64,000 bases of DNA from an uncultured delta proteobacterium (GTDB taxonomy: Bacteria; Desulfobacterota; RBG-13-43-22): positions 2,323-66,322 of the forward strand of contig CAWIRY010000115.1 in the NCBI GenBank assembly GCA_963838485.1, in the 5' to 3' direction. Shown here piece by piece: positions 1 through 9,613 of the stretch (its first letter is position 1; each line of letters opens with the position of its first letter). The notes beneath the pieces were generated by a model. The model had not been told where the DNA came from. It saw only the letters and a program-made list of their open reading frames with translations, and ran no database searches. Made by a program: the position numbers and the translations under genes.

Positions 1-1657
1 AGGTCAACTCCCCGTTCAGGTTGGCTTTCTAATTTTCGCTCCTTAAAGAATTCATCCATGGCCGGAAGATTCTGCAGGAAGATGACTGGTCCTTTGACAA
101 ATACATAGGCATGCTCCAAAACCCTTTCGAGTTCCCGGACATTCCCGGGCCAGGGATGGGTCATGAACAGCCGCAGGACCTTCGGGTCCAGGCCGCGAAC
201 CTCCTTGCCATATTTTTTATTGAGACGGACCATAAAATATTCGATCAGCAAAGGGATATCTTCCCGGCGTTCGCGAAGGGGCGGGAGGGTGATCGGAACG
301 GTACGGAGGCGGTAAAAGAGGTCTTCCCGAAAGATCCCTTCCCGAAGGGCTTCGGACAGATCCCTGTTGGTGGCGCTGATGATACGGGCCTGCATGGGGA
401 TCAATCGGGTTCCCCCTACCCGCTCAAAAACTTTTTGCTCTAAGACCCTTAGGAGTTTTACCTGGAGCTCCGGCTTAAGTTCGCCTATCTCATCCAGAAA
501 TAAGGTCCCTCCCCGGGCCAGCTCAAACCGTCCGACTTTGGAACGAACTGCACCGGTAAAAGCGGCCTTCTCATGGCCGAACAACTCCGACTCCAGGAGG
601 GATTCCGCCAAAGCGGAACAATTTACGGCAACAAAAGGGCCTTCTTTATAAGGCGATTGATTATGGATCGCTTTGGCGATCAGTTCTTTTCCGGTGCCGC
701 TTTCACCTTGAATCAAAACACTCACATCGCTGGCAGCTAAGTCGGGGAGCATCTCAAAAATGCGGGTCATAGAAGGACTTTTGCCGATGATATCCGAGTG
801 GGAATGTCGGCGAGGGATAGACTCCAGCTTTTCTTGTAATTCTATCAAAGGCCGGAAGGATTCCACGGCCCCGACTACCAGGCCGCTACGATCGCGGACC
901 ACGCTGGTATTGACCAACACGGGCAGCTTGGTTCCCTGTTTATCGAGCATCCTAACATCCTGGTCCAACCGGGTAAGTCCAGTCTCCAAGGTGAGGCGTA
1001 AAGGACAATCAGATTGACAAAGATCAGAACGAAAGATTTCCCAGCAAAAGCGTCCCAATACTTCATCACGGCGGTAGCCGGTAATCTTTTCAGCCGTTTG
1101 GTTAAAGGAGATAATCCTCCAGCGGGAATTAATGGTAAAGATGCCCTCGGCCAATTGTTCCAAAAGGGACCCAAAACCCAGGTTTGGCATTTGGGGCATT
1201 AGAGATGGATCGGTAAAATGTCTGGGCTGAATAGCCCCATAGTCGGCGTCCTGAAAACTTAACAGGACCCCGGCGACATGTTTTCCAGGGCCGAAAATGG
1301 GATTGGCCGAGTAAAGGCAGTTAAAGGGATTGCCCTGGGCATCTTCAGCCTTGGCTATTAAGTTCTGCGTGCTCACGCCTTTTCCCAAGGCATTATCCAA
1401 CGCGGATTGCGCTTCGGCTAAATGAGGACCTTGTAGGAAATTGTCCAGAACGAAATGTTCCCCCGAAAACATGTCGCGGCCAAAGAGATGTCTCGCCGTT
1501 TCGTTTGACCCCATAATTCTTAATTTTTGGTCCAATACTACGGTTGCCTCTCCGGCCAGGAGGATTTGGGACTTTCCTTCAAAGTCGTTTTCCTGATCGT
1601 CCAAGTCCTCTGTTACCATTTTTTCATCAGCCGGCTCTTGAGCCCTGTGAGACTTCA
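1..1657 (-). CDS. Sigma-54-dependent Fis-family transcriptional regulator with N-terminal PAS domains. Partial: the C-terminal HTH lies beyond the window start.
   Basis: Minus-strand translation gives MKSHRAQEP...PAS...GKSPSMTRIFEML...VLIQGESGTGKELIAKAIHNQSP...GAVRSKVGRFELARGGTLFLDEIGEL... These are sigma-54 activator AAA+ motifs (GESGTGKE, GAFTGA-like, ESELFGHEKGAFTGA). The ATG is at 1655-1657. The ORF runs off the window edge. Confidence 0.85.
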
Positions 1658-1730
1658 TTGGGGTTTCCTGTCAAGAAGATCGGGAGTCCACTTTTCCCTT
1701 TCCTCTTTTTTTTCTAATTCTTCCTTGGCG

Positions 1731-1988
1731 TTAGCCAAAAATGCGTTTCATTTCTTCGTCCTCCAGAAAAGAGGAGACATTCCAACAAAAAGCCCGAAGG
1801 TGGTTATTGGCCAACCCCGGTTTCAATAATCTGAATACTTCATCAAAGCCCCGGGATTTAACCAGGTCGGACACTTCCCGCAGCCCATGCCAGGCCTTCG
1901 GATCATTGTTTTTGTGGGCATTTTCATAGGCCTGACAAAGATTATTGACTCTGGTTACCGAGCAGCGCTTGCAGCTTCGATCCCCCAT
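1731..1988 (-). CDS. Small hypothetical Cys-containing protein (CKRC motif).
   Basis: 85-aa ORF MGDRSCKRCSV... on the same strand as the regulator, immediately downstream of a strong sigma-70-like promoter. No confident family assignment. Confidence 0.45.
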   Translation of the reverse strand: MGDRSCKRCSVTRVNNLCQAYENAHKNNDPKAWHGLREVSDLVKSRGFDEVFRLLKPGLANNHLRAFCWNVSSFLEDEEMKRIFG

Positions 1989-2031
1989 AATTCAGATCCT
2001 TTTTAAGTGTAGAGTACCCCCCGCATTAGGT

Positions 2032-2059
2032 GGAGAGGGCATTATACACGTTGTCGTTA
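2032..2059 (-). promoter_or_regulatory. Sigma-70-type promoter on the minus strand: TTGACC, 17-nt spacer, TATAAT.
   Basis: The reverse complement of 2032-2059 reads TTGACCccattaacgacaacgtgTATAAT. It lies about 40 nt upstream of the 1988 start codon. Confidence 0.45.
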
Positions 2060-2248
2060 ATGGGGTCAAATAACTTTAAAAAAAATGGGAGATCAACCGC
2101 TTAGGATGGAAAGGCCGGTGGAATAGGGGGGCAGTGAGGAAAAGGTAAAATGTTCTCCTGAAACCTGGTGGAAATACCCGGGGAGCCCCGAGCCGGTATG
2201 ATGGCCGGGGCCACCCGTTAGGCACCAAAGCTTAGAGCTTTATTGGGT

Positions 2249-2602
2249 TCAGAAATTAAAGACTTTGGCTTCGGCGGCCAGATCGATCAAATGGGGTCCC
2301 CCATCCAGGACCATATTGGAAAAGAATTTGGCCTCATCCACCTGACGGGCCTTGGCACAGGGGATTCAGACCCCGATGGGGATCTCGTTTTCCACCAGAT
2401 AGGGCAGATAGTCATCGGGGCAGTCTCCGGTTGCCGTTTTGCCGGACATATCCCGGCTGGAATCGGCCCATCTTACCCCGTCGTCGATAAAAAAGACATC
2501 CACCTTATGTCCTTTGGAATGGGCGATCTTACTGAACTGAAAACACCGGGTGGCACTTCCCACCTCATCTTTGCTCAAGACAAATAAAAAATTGGCCATC
2601 AC
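2249..2602 (-). CDS. DsrE/DsrF (YchN)-like family protein with an in-frame TGA (candidate selenocysteine, UxxC motif).
   Basis: Minus-strand ORF MMANFLFVLSKDEVGS...LPYLVENEIPIGV-[TGA at 2366..2368]-IPCAKARQVDEAKFFSNMVLDGGPHLIDLAAEAKVFNF. The reading frame continues cleanly through the TGA to a TGA stop at 2249-2251. An AAGGAG RBS precedes the start. The total of about 117 aa is typical of the DsrE family. Confidence 0.65.
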
Positions 2603-2620
2603 TTTCTCCTTGTTAAATTT

Positions 2621-3061
2621 TTAATCCCTTATTTGTGTTACAGGGTCTCCAGTTTTAACCTCTCCACTTTCAATGACCTGACAAAAAACGCCTTTGGTCG
2701 GTAAAAGCGAATATCCCTTGTAATTGTAGGTATGAGATCGGGAGAGGTCTTTCCCGAGTTGAATGATTATCAGTTTGGCTTTGCCTACCTGTAGTTTTGA
2801 TCCACAGTCCATGGAGTGGATATCGATTCCTTCGGTTCTGATATTTTCGGCAAAACATCCGGGTTCTGCTGAAAGGCCGGTTTCCCGGCAAAAGGTTTGG
2901 ACATCCTCTTCGGCCAGGAGACTGACCTCCTTTTCCGTTCCGGCATGGGAATCCCCCTCGAGACCCCAGGCCACCCGGAACAGACCAGCCTTAGCATTTT
3001 TTTTCGGTTCGGGCCGTTTTGGACTTAAACACACCCCAAGCACTTTACCGGATTTTTTCAT
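2621..3061 (-). CDS. MOSC domain-containing protein.
   Basis: 146 aa with ...GLEGDSHAG..., a MOSC-like beta-barrel signature. Confidence 0.65.
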   Translation of the reverse strand: MKKSGKVLGVCLSPKRPEPKKNAKAGLFRVAWGLEGDSHAGTEKEVSLLAEEDVQTFCRETGLSAEPGCFAENIRTEGIDIHSMDCGSKLQVGKAKLIIIQLGKDLSRSHTYNYKGYSLLPTKGVFCQVIESGEVKTGDPVTQIRD

Positions 3062-3092
3062 ATCAACCTGTTACTTCCCATTTCGCCCTTTT

Positions 3093-3698
3093 TTATTCAA
3101 AAGCCATTTCCGGTTTCCAAACTTCCCAGACCTTACCCACCAAATCAGGTCCGGGTGTGAGGGTCGTATTCCCCGGCTGCCAACCCGATGGTGTGGCCTC
3201 ACCCGTGGCCCGAACATGCTGGAAGGCCTTGACCTGTCGTAAGAGTTCCGAGACATTCCGGCCGACCGGTGGGGTAACCACCTCCATGGCTTGAATGATC
3301 CCGTCAGGGTCTATCAGGAAACGCCCCCTGATGTCAACACCGGCTTCATCGTCGTAAACCCCATAGACCTTTCCCACCAGTCCCCCGGCATCGGAGAGCA
3401 TGGGAAAGGGTATTCCCCCCTTGACCATTTTGGAAAGTTCCTCTTCATTCCAGATCTTGTGTATAAAACGGCTGTCTGTGCTCACTGAGAGGACCTGGAC
3501 TCCGAGGGCCTTAAATTCTTCATATTTGGAGGCGACCGCCGCCAACTCGGTGGGTCAGACAAAGGTGAAATCACCCGGATAAAAACAGAGTACCACCCAC
3601 TCCCCTTTAAATTTGGAGAGACTGATGTTTTCAAAACCGCCATCGATAAAGGCGTTCACTTCAAAATCAGGTGCGGGTTTGCCCACTTTTGCCGTCAT
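3093..3698 (-). CDS. 2-Cys peroxiredoxin (AhpC/Prx1 family) with an in-frame TGA at the peroxidatic Cys position (candidate Sec-peroxiredoxin).
   Basis: Minus-strand frame: [47 protein letters not shown]-[TGA 3555..3557][28 protein letters not shown]... The canonical FTFVCPTE motif has Cys replaced by TGA. An AGGAGG RBS lies 7 nt upstream of the ATG at 3696-3698. The ORF tracks 3555..3806 and 3093..3545 are the two halves. Confidence 0.85.
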
Positions 3699-3872
3699 GA
3701 TAACCTCCTGTGGTGTGTTGGGGTTTCCTGATTCGACCGATTCCGTCCGGGGTACCCCGATCGGACCCTTTGCCGGCTTTACACAACCATCTTTTGCTTT
3801 AGCCATAATAGTCTCCTTAATGTTTTAGGTAAAACAACTTTGTATTGAATGGACGACTATTGACGATCTCTT

Positions 3873-4628
3873 CTAAGACTTTAAAATTCGTAAGTTCAGC
3901 TTCCGGACAAAATTTTTAAAATCCCGTGTACCACCTCCTTCGCTTACCATTTGCAAAATCCCTTTTGGATCAATAATCTCTATCCCGGAAAGCATGGTGA
4001 CCGGGGTGTCTTTAAAGGCCTCTTTTAAAAGCGGGGTTGAAGTCCCTAAGAGGACCACCTCCCGGCAGGAGGCCGCGGCCCTGAGCAGAGGATCGATGGT
4101 ATTATTGAGAAGTGTCGTTGAAGTGATCAGGGCAATCTGGCATTTAGGCAGCCACTCAAAGGCGGCCTCTTCCGGCAGGATCTCCCCGGGCTGTTCCCAT
4201 TTTTCAAAAATGGTCAGGTGTTTTACCCTCTTTTTCAGTTCGGATACCATTGGGGCAAAGTATCCTACCATACCCACCTCATCCCCGGGGTGGAGATTCA
4301 GGACCTTTAAAATATCCCCTTCCTGTGCTCCATGGATTTGATGATTTATCAGGGCATTGGCCGCGGCCAACCCCACGGTGGCTTCAATTTTTTCACCTGA
4401 ATTGAGCCCGGACAAAAGCGCGCCCACCGGCCGGCCGGCCAAAGGACGGAGGCCATGGAATACGGAACAGCCGCCCGGCAAATCCTGTCGGAAGGTTAAG
4501 GCCAGGCCGGTCCGGCCCGATTCGAGTTGCACCGCTGTATACCCTAAGCCGATACGCACATCTTTGACTTCTTCTTTCATGCCCTTGTCTCGCAGGGCTT
4601 GGATAATCTTTTCCTGTATTTTTGTCAT
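3873..4628 (-). CDS. DUF364/DUF4213-type Rossmann-like domain protein (hypothetical).
   Basis: 251-aa ORF. Domain-level resemblance only. Confidence 0.45.
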   Translation of the reverse strand: MTKIQEKIIQALRDKGMKEEVKDVRIGLGYTAVQLESGRTGLALTFRQDLPGGCSVFHGLRPLAGRPVGALLSGLNSGEKIEATVGLAAANALINHQIHGAQEGDILKVLNLHPGDEVGMVGYFAPMVSELKKRVKHLTIFEKWEQPGEILPEEAAFEWLPKCQIALITSTTLLNNTIDPLLRAAASCREVVLLGTSTPLLKEAFKDTPVTMLSGIEIIDPKGILQMVSEGGGTRDFKNFVRKLNLRILKS

Positions 4629-4630
4629 CG

Positions 4631-5572
4631 TTATCTCCTGACTTCTTTCCCCATGAGGGCAACCAATCCCTGAAGACGTTCTTCCGCCTCTTGGGTCATC
4701 TGCCTGAAAAGTTGGGCTATGGTCACCTCCTCTTTGATCAAGGCCGCGGCCTGCCCCATCAGGAAGACTCCTTTTTCCATGTCACCCTCGGTAACCGCCC
4801 TTCCAAGGGAGGCTATCGTCAGGTCATCAATCTTTTTTTTATTTCCCCCTTTTTTTTCCAGCCCGATGATTTCCCGGGCTTGTTTATTTTTAAGGACCCG
4901 AAACTCCAAACCGGTAAAACGGCCGATAACCGTGGTATCCCCATCCCCGGCCGTCAAAATCGCCTGTTTGTATAAGGGATGAAGTGTGGCTTCCCGGGTA
5001 GCTAAAAGCCGAGTGCCCATTTGAACCGCCTCCGCCCCCAGGGCCAAGGCTGCAGCCGAACCCCGTCCATCGGCAATCCCTCCCGCCGCTATCACCGGCA
5101 GGTCGGTAGCATCCTTGACCAGGGGAACTAAAACCAGGGTGCTTATTTCATCGGGACAGAGATTACCACCGGCTTCTGACCCCATGGCAATCAAGGCATC
5201 CGCCCCGGCCTGATCCGCTCTTTCGGCCATCTCCCGGTTGAAGACAACCTGCAAAACAATCCGCCCGGCCTTTTTGAATCGATGGACCCAGGGAAGAGGA
5301 TCCCCGGCAGAGAAATCAATAACGGGCACCTCTTCGTCGAAAACCACCTCGATGGCTTCCTTGGCTGAGCCCAGACGGAGGGGGATGTTGATGGCAAAGG
5401 GCTTTGCGGTTATCTGGCGAAGCCGCCTAATTTCCTTCCGTAAGTCTTTCGGTTGAAAGGTGGCCGCCGCAATGGTCCCCAGCCCTCCGGCTTCACAGAC
5501 CGCAGCGGCCATATCCGCCCCGGTAATCCAGGCCATGGCCCCCTGGAGAAGGGGATATTGAATTTTAAGCAA
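4631..5572 (-). CDS. Nitronate monooxygenase / FabK-like NAD(P)H-dependent flavin oxidoreductase.
   Basis: 313 aa, MLKIQYPLLQGAMAWITGADMAAAVCEAGGLGTIAA... This is the NPD/FabK TIM-barrel signature. Confidence 0.75.
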   Translation of the reverse strand: MLKIQYPLLQGAMAWITGADMAAAVCEAGGLGTIAAATFQPKDLRKEIRRLRQITAKPFAINIPLRLGSAKEAIEVVFDEEVPVIDFSAGDPLPWVHRFKKAGRIVLQVVFNREMAERADQAGADALIAMGSEAGGNLCPDEISTLVLVPLVKDATDLPVIAAGGIADGRGSAAALALGAEAVQMGTRLLATREATLHPLYKQAILTAGDGDTTVIGRFTGLEFRVLKNKQAREIIGLEKKGGNKKKIDDLTIASLGRAVTEGDMEKGVFLMGQAAALIKEEVTIAQLFRQMTQEAEERLQGLVALMGKEVRR

Positions 5573-5696
5573 GCGGGTTATTGAAGTTTGAATGGCTCAC
5601 CTCCTGGGAAATTCTCATTCTTTTCCCCACCTTGTAGAGGCAAAATTTTCAGCCGGGGTGGCCTGCCGGATATCGATGGAAATCCGATCCGGATGA

Positions 5697-7052
5697 TCAT
5701 TTAACCGCCACCCTTAATTTTGCCAATGCCTGGTGCGCGGCGTTGATCAAAGGGTGCACCGTGGGCGCCGAAGTGAGCAAGGGATGGGTGGCGATCTGCA
5801 TCATATCCAGGTCGCGGACATTCAGCTTAGTCTGTATCCCGATGGCTATGGTATTGATTAACTCACCGACGGAGGGCCCTCCCGACAACTGACCGCCAAG
5901 CAGCGTCCCCCCTTTATCGGCGAAGATCAGCTTGACATTCAGCGGGGATGATCCGGGAAGTACTCCCGGGTGGCGATCCGGGGCAACGGCCTGACCCGTA
6001 ACAATCCTAAATTTCTCTTGTTCACAGGCACGGCAAGTCATCCCGGCGCTGGCCAGGGAAATATCCCCGATCTTGGTTGAAAAGGCAGAGACGGTCCCCT
6101 GAATCTGCCGGAGAACGCGGATACCGTAAATATTGGTTCCGGCGATTCTCGCTTCAGCCGTCGCTGTTGAGGCCAGCCAAACAGGGGCCTCTTTTCTGGT
6201 AAAAAAATCCCGTTTCAAAGCGCAATCACCCACAGCGAAAACATTTTTCGTTCTGGTTCTCATATAAGAATCAACCCATATAGAGCCGCTTTCGGTGCAA
6301 AACAATCCTGCCTTTTTGGCCAAATCAATGTTCGGTTTGCCACCGATGCCCAGGATGACGAGATCGGCGGCCAGGGTCTCTCCGTTATCCAGAGTGACTG
6401 ATTCCACCCGGGTATTTCCATCAATGGATGCGGCCCGCCGATTACAATGAATGACGACCCCAGCCCGCTCCGGTTCCTTGGAGGCATCATCAGAGAATTC
6501 ATCGTCAAAGGCACCGCTAAGAAGCTTCGGCACCATCTCCACGATATGCACCTTGGCCTTGGAGTTGCGGGCCAGTTCGTCGGCAAATTCCACCCCTATA
6601 AAGCCTCCTCCGATGATAACCGCCTGCCTGGCCCTTTGCGCCCTTTCCCGGAGAGCAGTCATGGCCGAAAGGCTTTTTTCAATGGCAAAAACGCCATCTC
6701 TTTCGATGCCGGGAATAGGAGGGATAATGGGCTTGCTCCCGGTGGCCAGGGCCAGCCTCTCATACTGAAGTTCCTGGCTCGATTCCAGGGTCAACTTGGA
6801 GGCTACTGTATCTAAGGAAATCGCTTTGCCGACTATGATTTCTATACCTGCCTTCTCTAAAGGCGCCATACCCATGATGTTCTGGGCCGGGTCAGCCAGG
6901 GTGTGCATCATGTAAGGAATGGCGCAGGGAATTACGCCATCGGCGATTTCCTTGATGACACAAACCGACTTGTCAGGATAAACACTTTTGGCTGTGAGGG
7001 CCGTGATAACCCCTGCAGGTCCCCCGCCGACTATGATGATATTGTAGTTCAT
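5697..7052 (-). CDS. FAD-dependent pyridine nucleotide-disulfide oxidoreductase (NADH oxidase / CoA-disulfide reductase family).
   Basis: 451 aa, MNYNIIIVGGGPAGV (FAD GxGxxG), a VIPCAIPY active-site Cys, and a second Rossmann fold VIIGGGFIGVE. Confidence 0.8.
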   Translation of the reverse strand: MNYNIIIVGGGPAGVITALTAKSVYPDKSVCVIKEIADGVIPCAIPYMMHTLADPAQNIMGMAPLEKAGIEIIVGKAISLDTVASKLTLESSQELQYERLALATGSKPIIPPIPGIERDGVFAIEKSLSAMTALRERAQRARQAVIIGGGFIGVEFADELARNSKAKVHIVEMVPKLLSGAFDDEFSDDASKEPERAGVVIHCNRRAASIDGNTRVESVTLDNGETLAADLVILGIGGKPNIDLAKKAGLFCTESGSIWVDSYMRTRTKNVFAVGDCALKRDFFTRKEAPVWLASTATAEARIAGTNIYGIRVLRQIQGTVSAFSTKIGDISLASAGMTCRACEQEKFRIVTGQAVAPDRHPGVLPGSSPLNVKLIFADKGGTLLGGQLSGGPSVGELINTIAIGIQTKLNVRDLDMMQIATHPLLTSAPTVHPLINAAHQALAKLRVAVK

Positions 7053-7137
7053 TTTATTCTCCTTTCGTCTGTCAGTTTACCCATTAATTATAGGGTGGTG
7101 TCTTTGAATAAAGACCTCATAACCATTTATTTACCGT

Positions 7138-7932
7138 CTATATTTTCCCCCTTCTTCTTAAGGTGTCTTCGTCACTGATCGTTTTGGTGAATCTCTTCTG
7201 ACTCTCATAGATGGAAATGACATGGAGTCCGTTAAAAAAACCCTTGACTTTAAGCAGCTCTTCCCTTCCGACCGGATCAACTCCGCAAGGTCGTAAGGGG
7301 GTATTGAGTTGTATTTCATCGGGAAGGATTTTTTTTGTTATCCGTAAAATCTCTTCGGCATAGTTTATATTTTCTTTTAAGAACATAATTTGCAGTGCAA
7401 GCCTTCCTTGAAAATGTCTTTTGAATTCCTTTAACCCTTCCAGGATTGTATCAAATCTTATGCCTTTAAGGGGTTGATTGATCATTTCAAAAGATTCCTG
7501 TGAGAAGGCATCCAGTTTGCAAATAACGAAATCAGCGCCTGCTAACTCTTTCCTGACATCCTTTCTGCCCATCAATGATGAGTTGGTAATCACGGCAATA
7601 GGCTCTTGCCTGATTGCCTTTACGGCATTAATCATCTGCCCCAAATTTGTTGCCAGGGTAGGCTCGCCCCTTCCCGAGAAGGTAATATAATCTATGGATA
7701 TTTGGGGGAGGGCCCTAATTTCTTCCAAAATATCTTCGTTCGAAACGTACTGCTGACGTGTTGCCGTAAGGGACCCGGTCTTTCCCAACTGACAATAAAG
7801 GCAATCGAAACTGCATATTTTATCCTTTTGTGAAAGCAGGTCCACCCCGAGGGAACTCCCCACTCTCCAAGAAGAAACCGGCCCGTAGATATATTGAAGT
7901 TTTGTTTTCATTGGGGCCACATTCTTACGCAC
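7138..7932 (-). CDS. Radical SAM protein.
   Basis: 264 aa with CSFDCLYCQ (CxxxCxxC) after YIYGPVSSWRVGSSLGVDL. Confidence 0.75.
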   Translation of the reverse strand: MRKNVAPMKTKLQYIYGPVSSWRVGSSLGVDLLSQKDKICSFDCLYCQLGKTGSLTATRQQYVSNEDILEEIRALPQISIDYITFSGRGEPTLATNLGQMINAVKAIRQEPIAVITNSSLMGRKDVRKELAGADFVICKLDAFSQESFEMINQPLKGIRFDTILEGLKEFKRHFQGRLALQIMFLKENINYAEEILRITKKILPDEIQLNTPLRPCGVDPVGREELLKVKGFFNGLHVISIYESQKRFTKTISDEDTLRRRGKI

Positions 7933-7967
7933 CTATGATTTCTTCAATGTCACTGTTGAATTTTGTC

Positions 7968-8606
7968 CTATTTTTCTTTCTCTCCGTAGATCAATTTCGA
8001 CCTTCCGGTCTGGCTCATCTCTTCGGCTATATTTTTGAACTTTTCTCCCAATAAGGCCCCTTCTTCAAGAAAATTTCTTGTATTCTTGGAGCCGAGGAGC
8101 AGGAGCCTGAGATAAAAAAGTAGGCGTAGAAATAGTTTTTCGGGTTTGGCATGCTCCATCAAACAGAATCTCCCTCCCTGCCTGAGAACCCTGGCCACTT
8201 CATCGATGGCCATTGTCCTCTCAACTCCCTTCAATTCATAGAAGGCATGGGAGCAGGTGACCCCATGAAAGGAGTTGTTCTTAAAAGGTAATTGGGCGGC
8301 GTTGGCCTGGACCAGTCTGAGTTGGTTCATATTCAACTTTGTCGCCTTTTCTTTGGCTTTTTTAAGCATCCCCATGGAGAAATCGAGACCGATTACCAGG
8401 CCCTTCTTTCCTGCCCGCTTTCCTAATTCGATGGCCACTGAACCAGTTCCGGTGCAGAGATCCAAAGCCCTGTTTCCTTCTGAGAGATTTGCTTTCTCCG
8501 TGATAAATCTTCTGAGAGAACCCTCGATATCCCGGGAATGTAAGCGGATGATAACGTCGTAAATTCTCGAAAAAAGATCATAATAGATTTGTCTCAGAGA
8601 TTTCAT
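7968..8606 (-). CDS. Class I SAM-dependent methyltransferase.
   Basis: 212 aa with LDLCTGTGSVAIEL (motif I) and LIGLDFS. Confidence 0.8.
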   Translation of the reverse strand: MKSLRQIYYDLFSRIYDVIIRLHSRDIEGSLRRFITEKANLSEGNRALDLCTGTGSVAIELGKRAGKKGLVIGLDFSMGMLKKAKEKATKLNMNQLRLVQANAAQLPFKNNSFHGVTCSHAFYELKGVERTMAIDEVARVLRQGGRFCLMEHAKPEKLFLRLLFYLRLLLLGSKNTRNFLEEGALLGEKFKNIAEEMSQTGRSKLIYGEKEK

Positions 8607-8635
8607 ACTGAATTACGCTTCGAGTCCTGTCTCCT

Positions 8636-9232
8636 TCAGATTAAAAAAATCGCCGCCGCTATCACCGTGGTCCAGAGACCATTCCCCCTGGTAACGCAAG
8701 TGGTGGAAAAGGTGTCCACAATCTTTCCACTCATCCGATAAATTTCCCGTCTCTCGTCATAATCCTTTTGCGGGTCAAAATCGATCCCCAGGGTTGTGGC
8801 CAGCATAGTGGAAGCCAGATCTTCGGCAAAGTCGCTCATGACTTTCTCGTTCTCACCAAAGGCTGAATGTTCGGATAGATATCCATAATGACCTTCGTCC
8901 GTTGGGACTGCCAACCCGATAGAGGCTCCCATTAGTCTTTCGGGTTCATTGGAGCTGATCTCGGCCAGAACACAGTAGGTGATTTGACCCGGTAAAAGTT
9001 CTTTAATCCCGTCATCAAAAGGAATGAGCTTACAATTAGGAGGAAAGATCGAAGAGACGTAGACCAAATTACATTTCTCGATCCCGGCATCCCTCAAAGC
9101 CAGTTCAAAAGACTGCAATTTGGCCTCATGGCGGCCGATCCCTTTGGTGAAGAAGACCTTTTGGGGAACCAGCCAGACCTTATCGAGTTTGCCCGATCCC
9201 CTTCTTTGATTTGATTTGAAAGACGAATTCAA
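8636..9232 (-). CDS. pdaD: Pyruvoyl-dependent arginine decarboxylase.
   Basis: 198 aa with the [10 protein letters not shown] self-cleavage serine site and the overall PvlArgDC pattern. Confidence 0.75.
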   Translation of the reverse strand: MNSSFKSNQRRGSGKLDKVWLVPQKVFFTKGIGRHEAKLQSFELALRDAGIEKCNLVYVSSIFPPNCKLIPFDDGIKELLPGQITYCVLAEISSNEPERLMGASIGLAVPTDEGHYGYLSEHSAFGENEKVMSDFAEDLASTMLATTLGIDFDPQKDYDERREIYRMSGKIVDTFSTTCVTRGNGLWTTVIAAAIFLI

Positions 9233-9253
9233 ACCTTTCCTCCTTAGTTTTTT

Positions 9254-9613
9254 TTATCCATGGGGGATGTCCTTTTGAGGAAGCGTAAACCGGAAGGTAC
9301 TGCCCTTTCCCGGTGTGCTTTCGACCGAGATCGTTCCACCGTGGGCCGACACTATGGCTCTGGCGATGGATAGACCAAGTCCAGATCCTTCCCCGTTTCT
9401 GTTTATCCGGCAAAAGGCATCGAAAACGCAGGGCAAATCTTTTTCGTCAATTCCAATACCGGTATCCGACACCTCAACCATGATGTCGTGTTCCCTTTTT
9501 TCGAGTTTAACAATGACCTTTTCCCCTGGATTGGTGTATTTTATGGCATTATCCAGCAAATTTTTTAAGGATCCGTGGTCAGTCTTTTTAATTTCAATCT
9601 TGCGGGGAAGCAA
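9254..9613 (-). CDS. Histidine-kinase-like ATPase (HATPase_c) domain only. Truncated sensor-kinase remnant with a TTG start; possible pseudogene.
   Basis: 119 aa with the N-box LKNLLDNAIKYT, G1 DTGIGI and G2 GSGLGLSIA, but no HisKA/H-box. The upstream sequence is occupied by the CDF-NifX gene. Confidence 0.45.
   Translation of the reverse strand: MLPRKIEIKKTDHGSLKNLLDNAIKYTNPGEKVIVKLEKREHDIMVEVSDTGIGIDEKDLPCVFDAFCRINRNGEGSGLGLSIARAIVSAHGGTISVESTPGKGSTFRFTLPQKDIPHG

Noticed and set aside
111-1202. Plus-strand ORFs 111..443, 367..651, 760..1017 and 1014..1202 from the track.
   Set aside because: They are antisense to a continuous, well-conserved sigma-54 activator reading frame on the minus strand and have no recognisable domains.
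2243-2587. Plus-strand 114-aa ORF.
   Set aside because: It is antisense to the DsrE-like gene. The minus-strand frame carries family-typical sequence and an RBS.
3555-3806. Stand-alone 83-aa ORF.
   Set aside because: It is the N-terminal part of the peroxiredoxin. It ends at the TGA that occupies the peroxidatic Cys position, and the N-terminal 37 codons upstream of the RBS-supported ATG at 3698 are unlikely to be translated.
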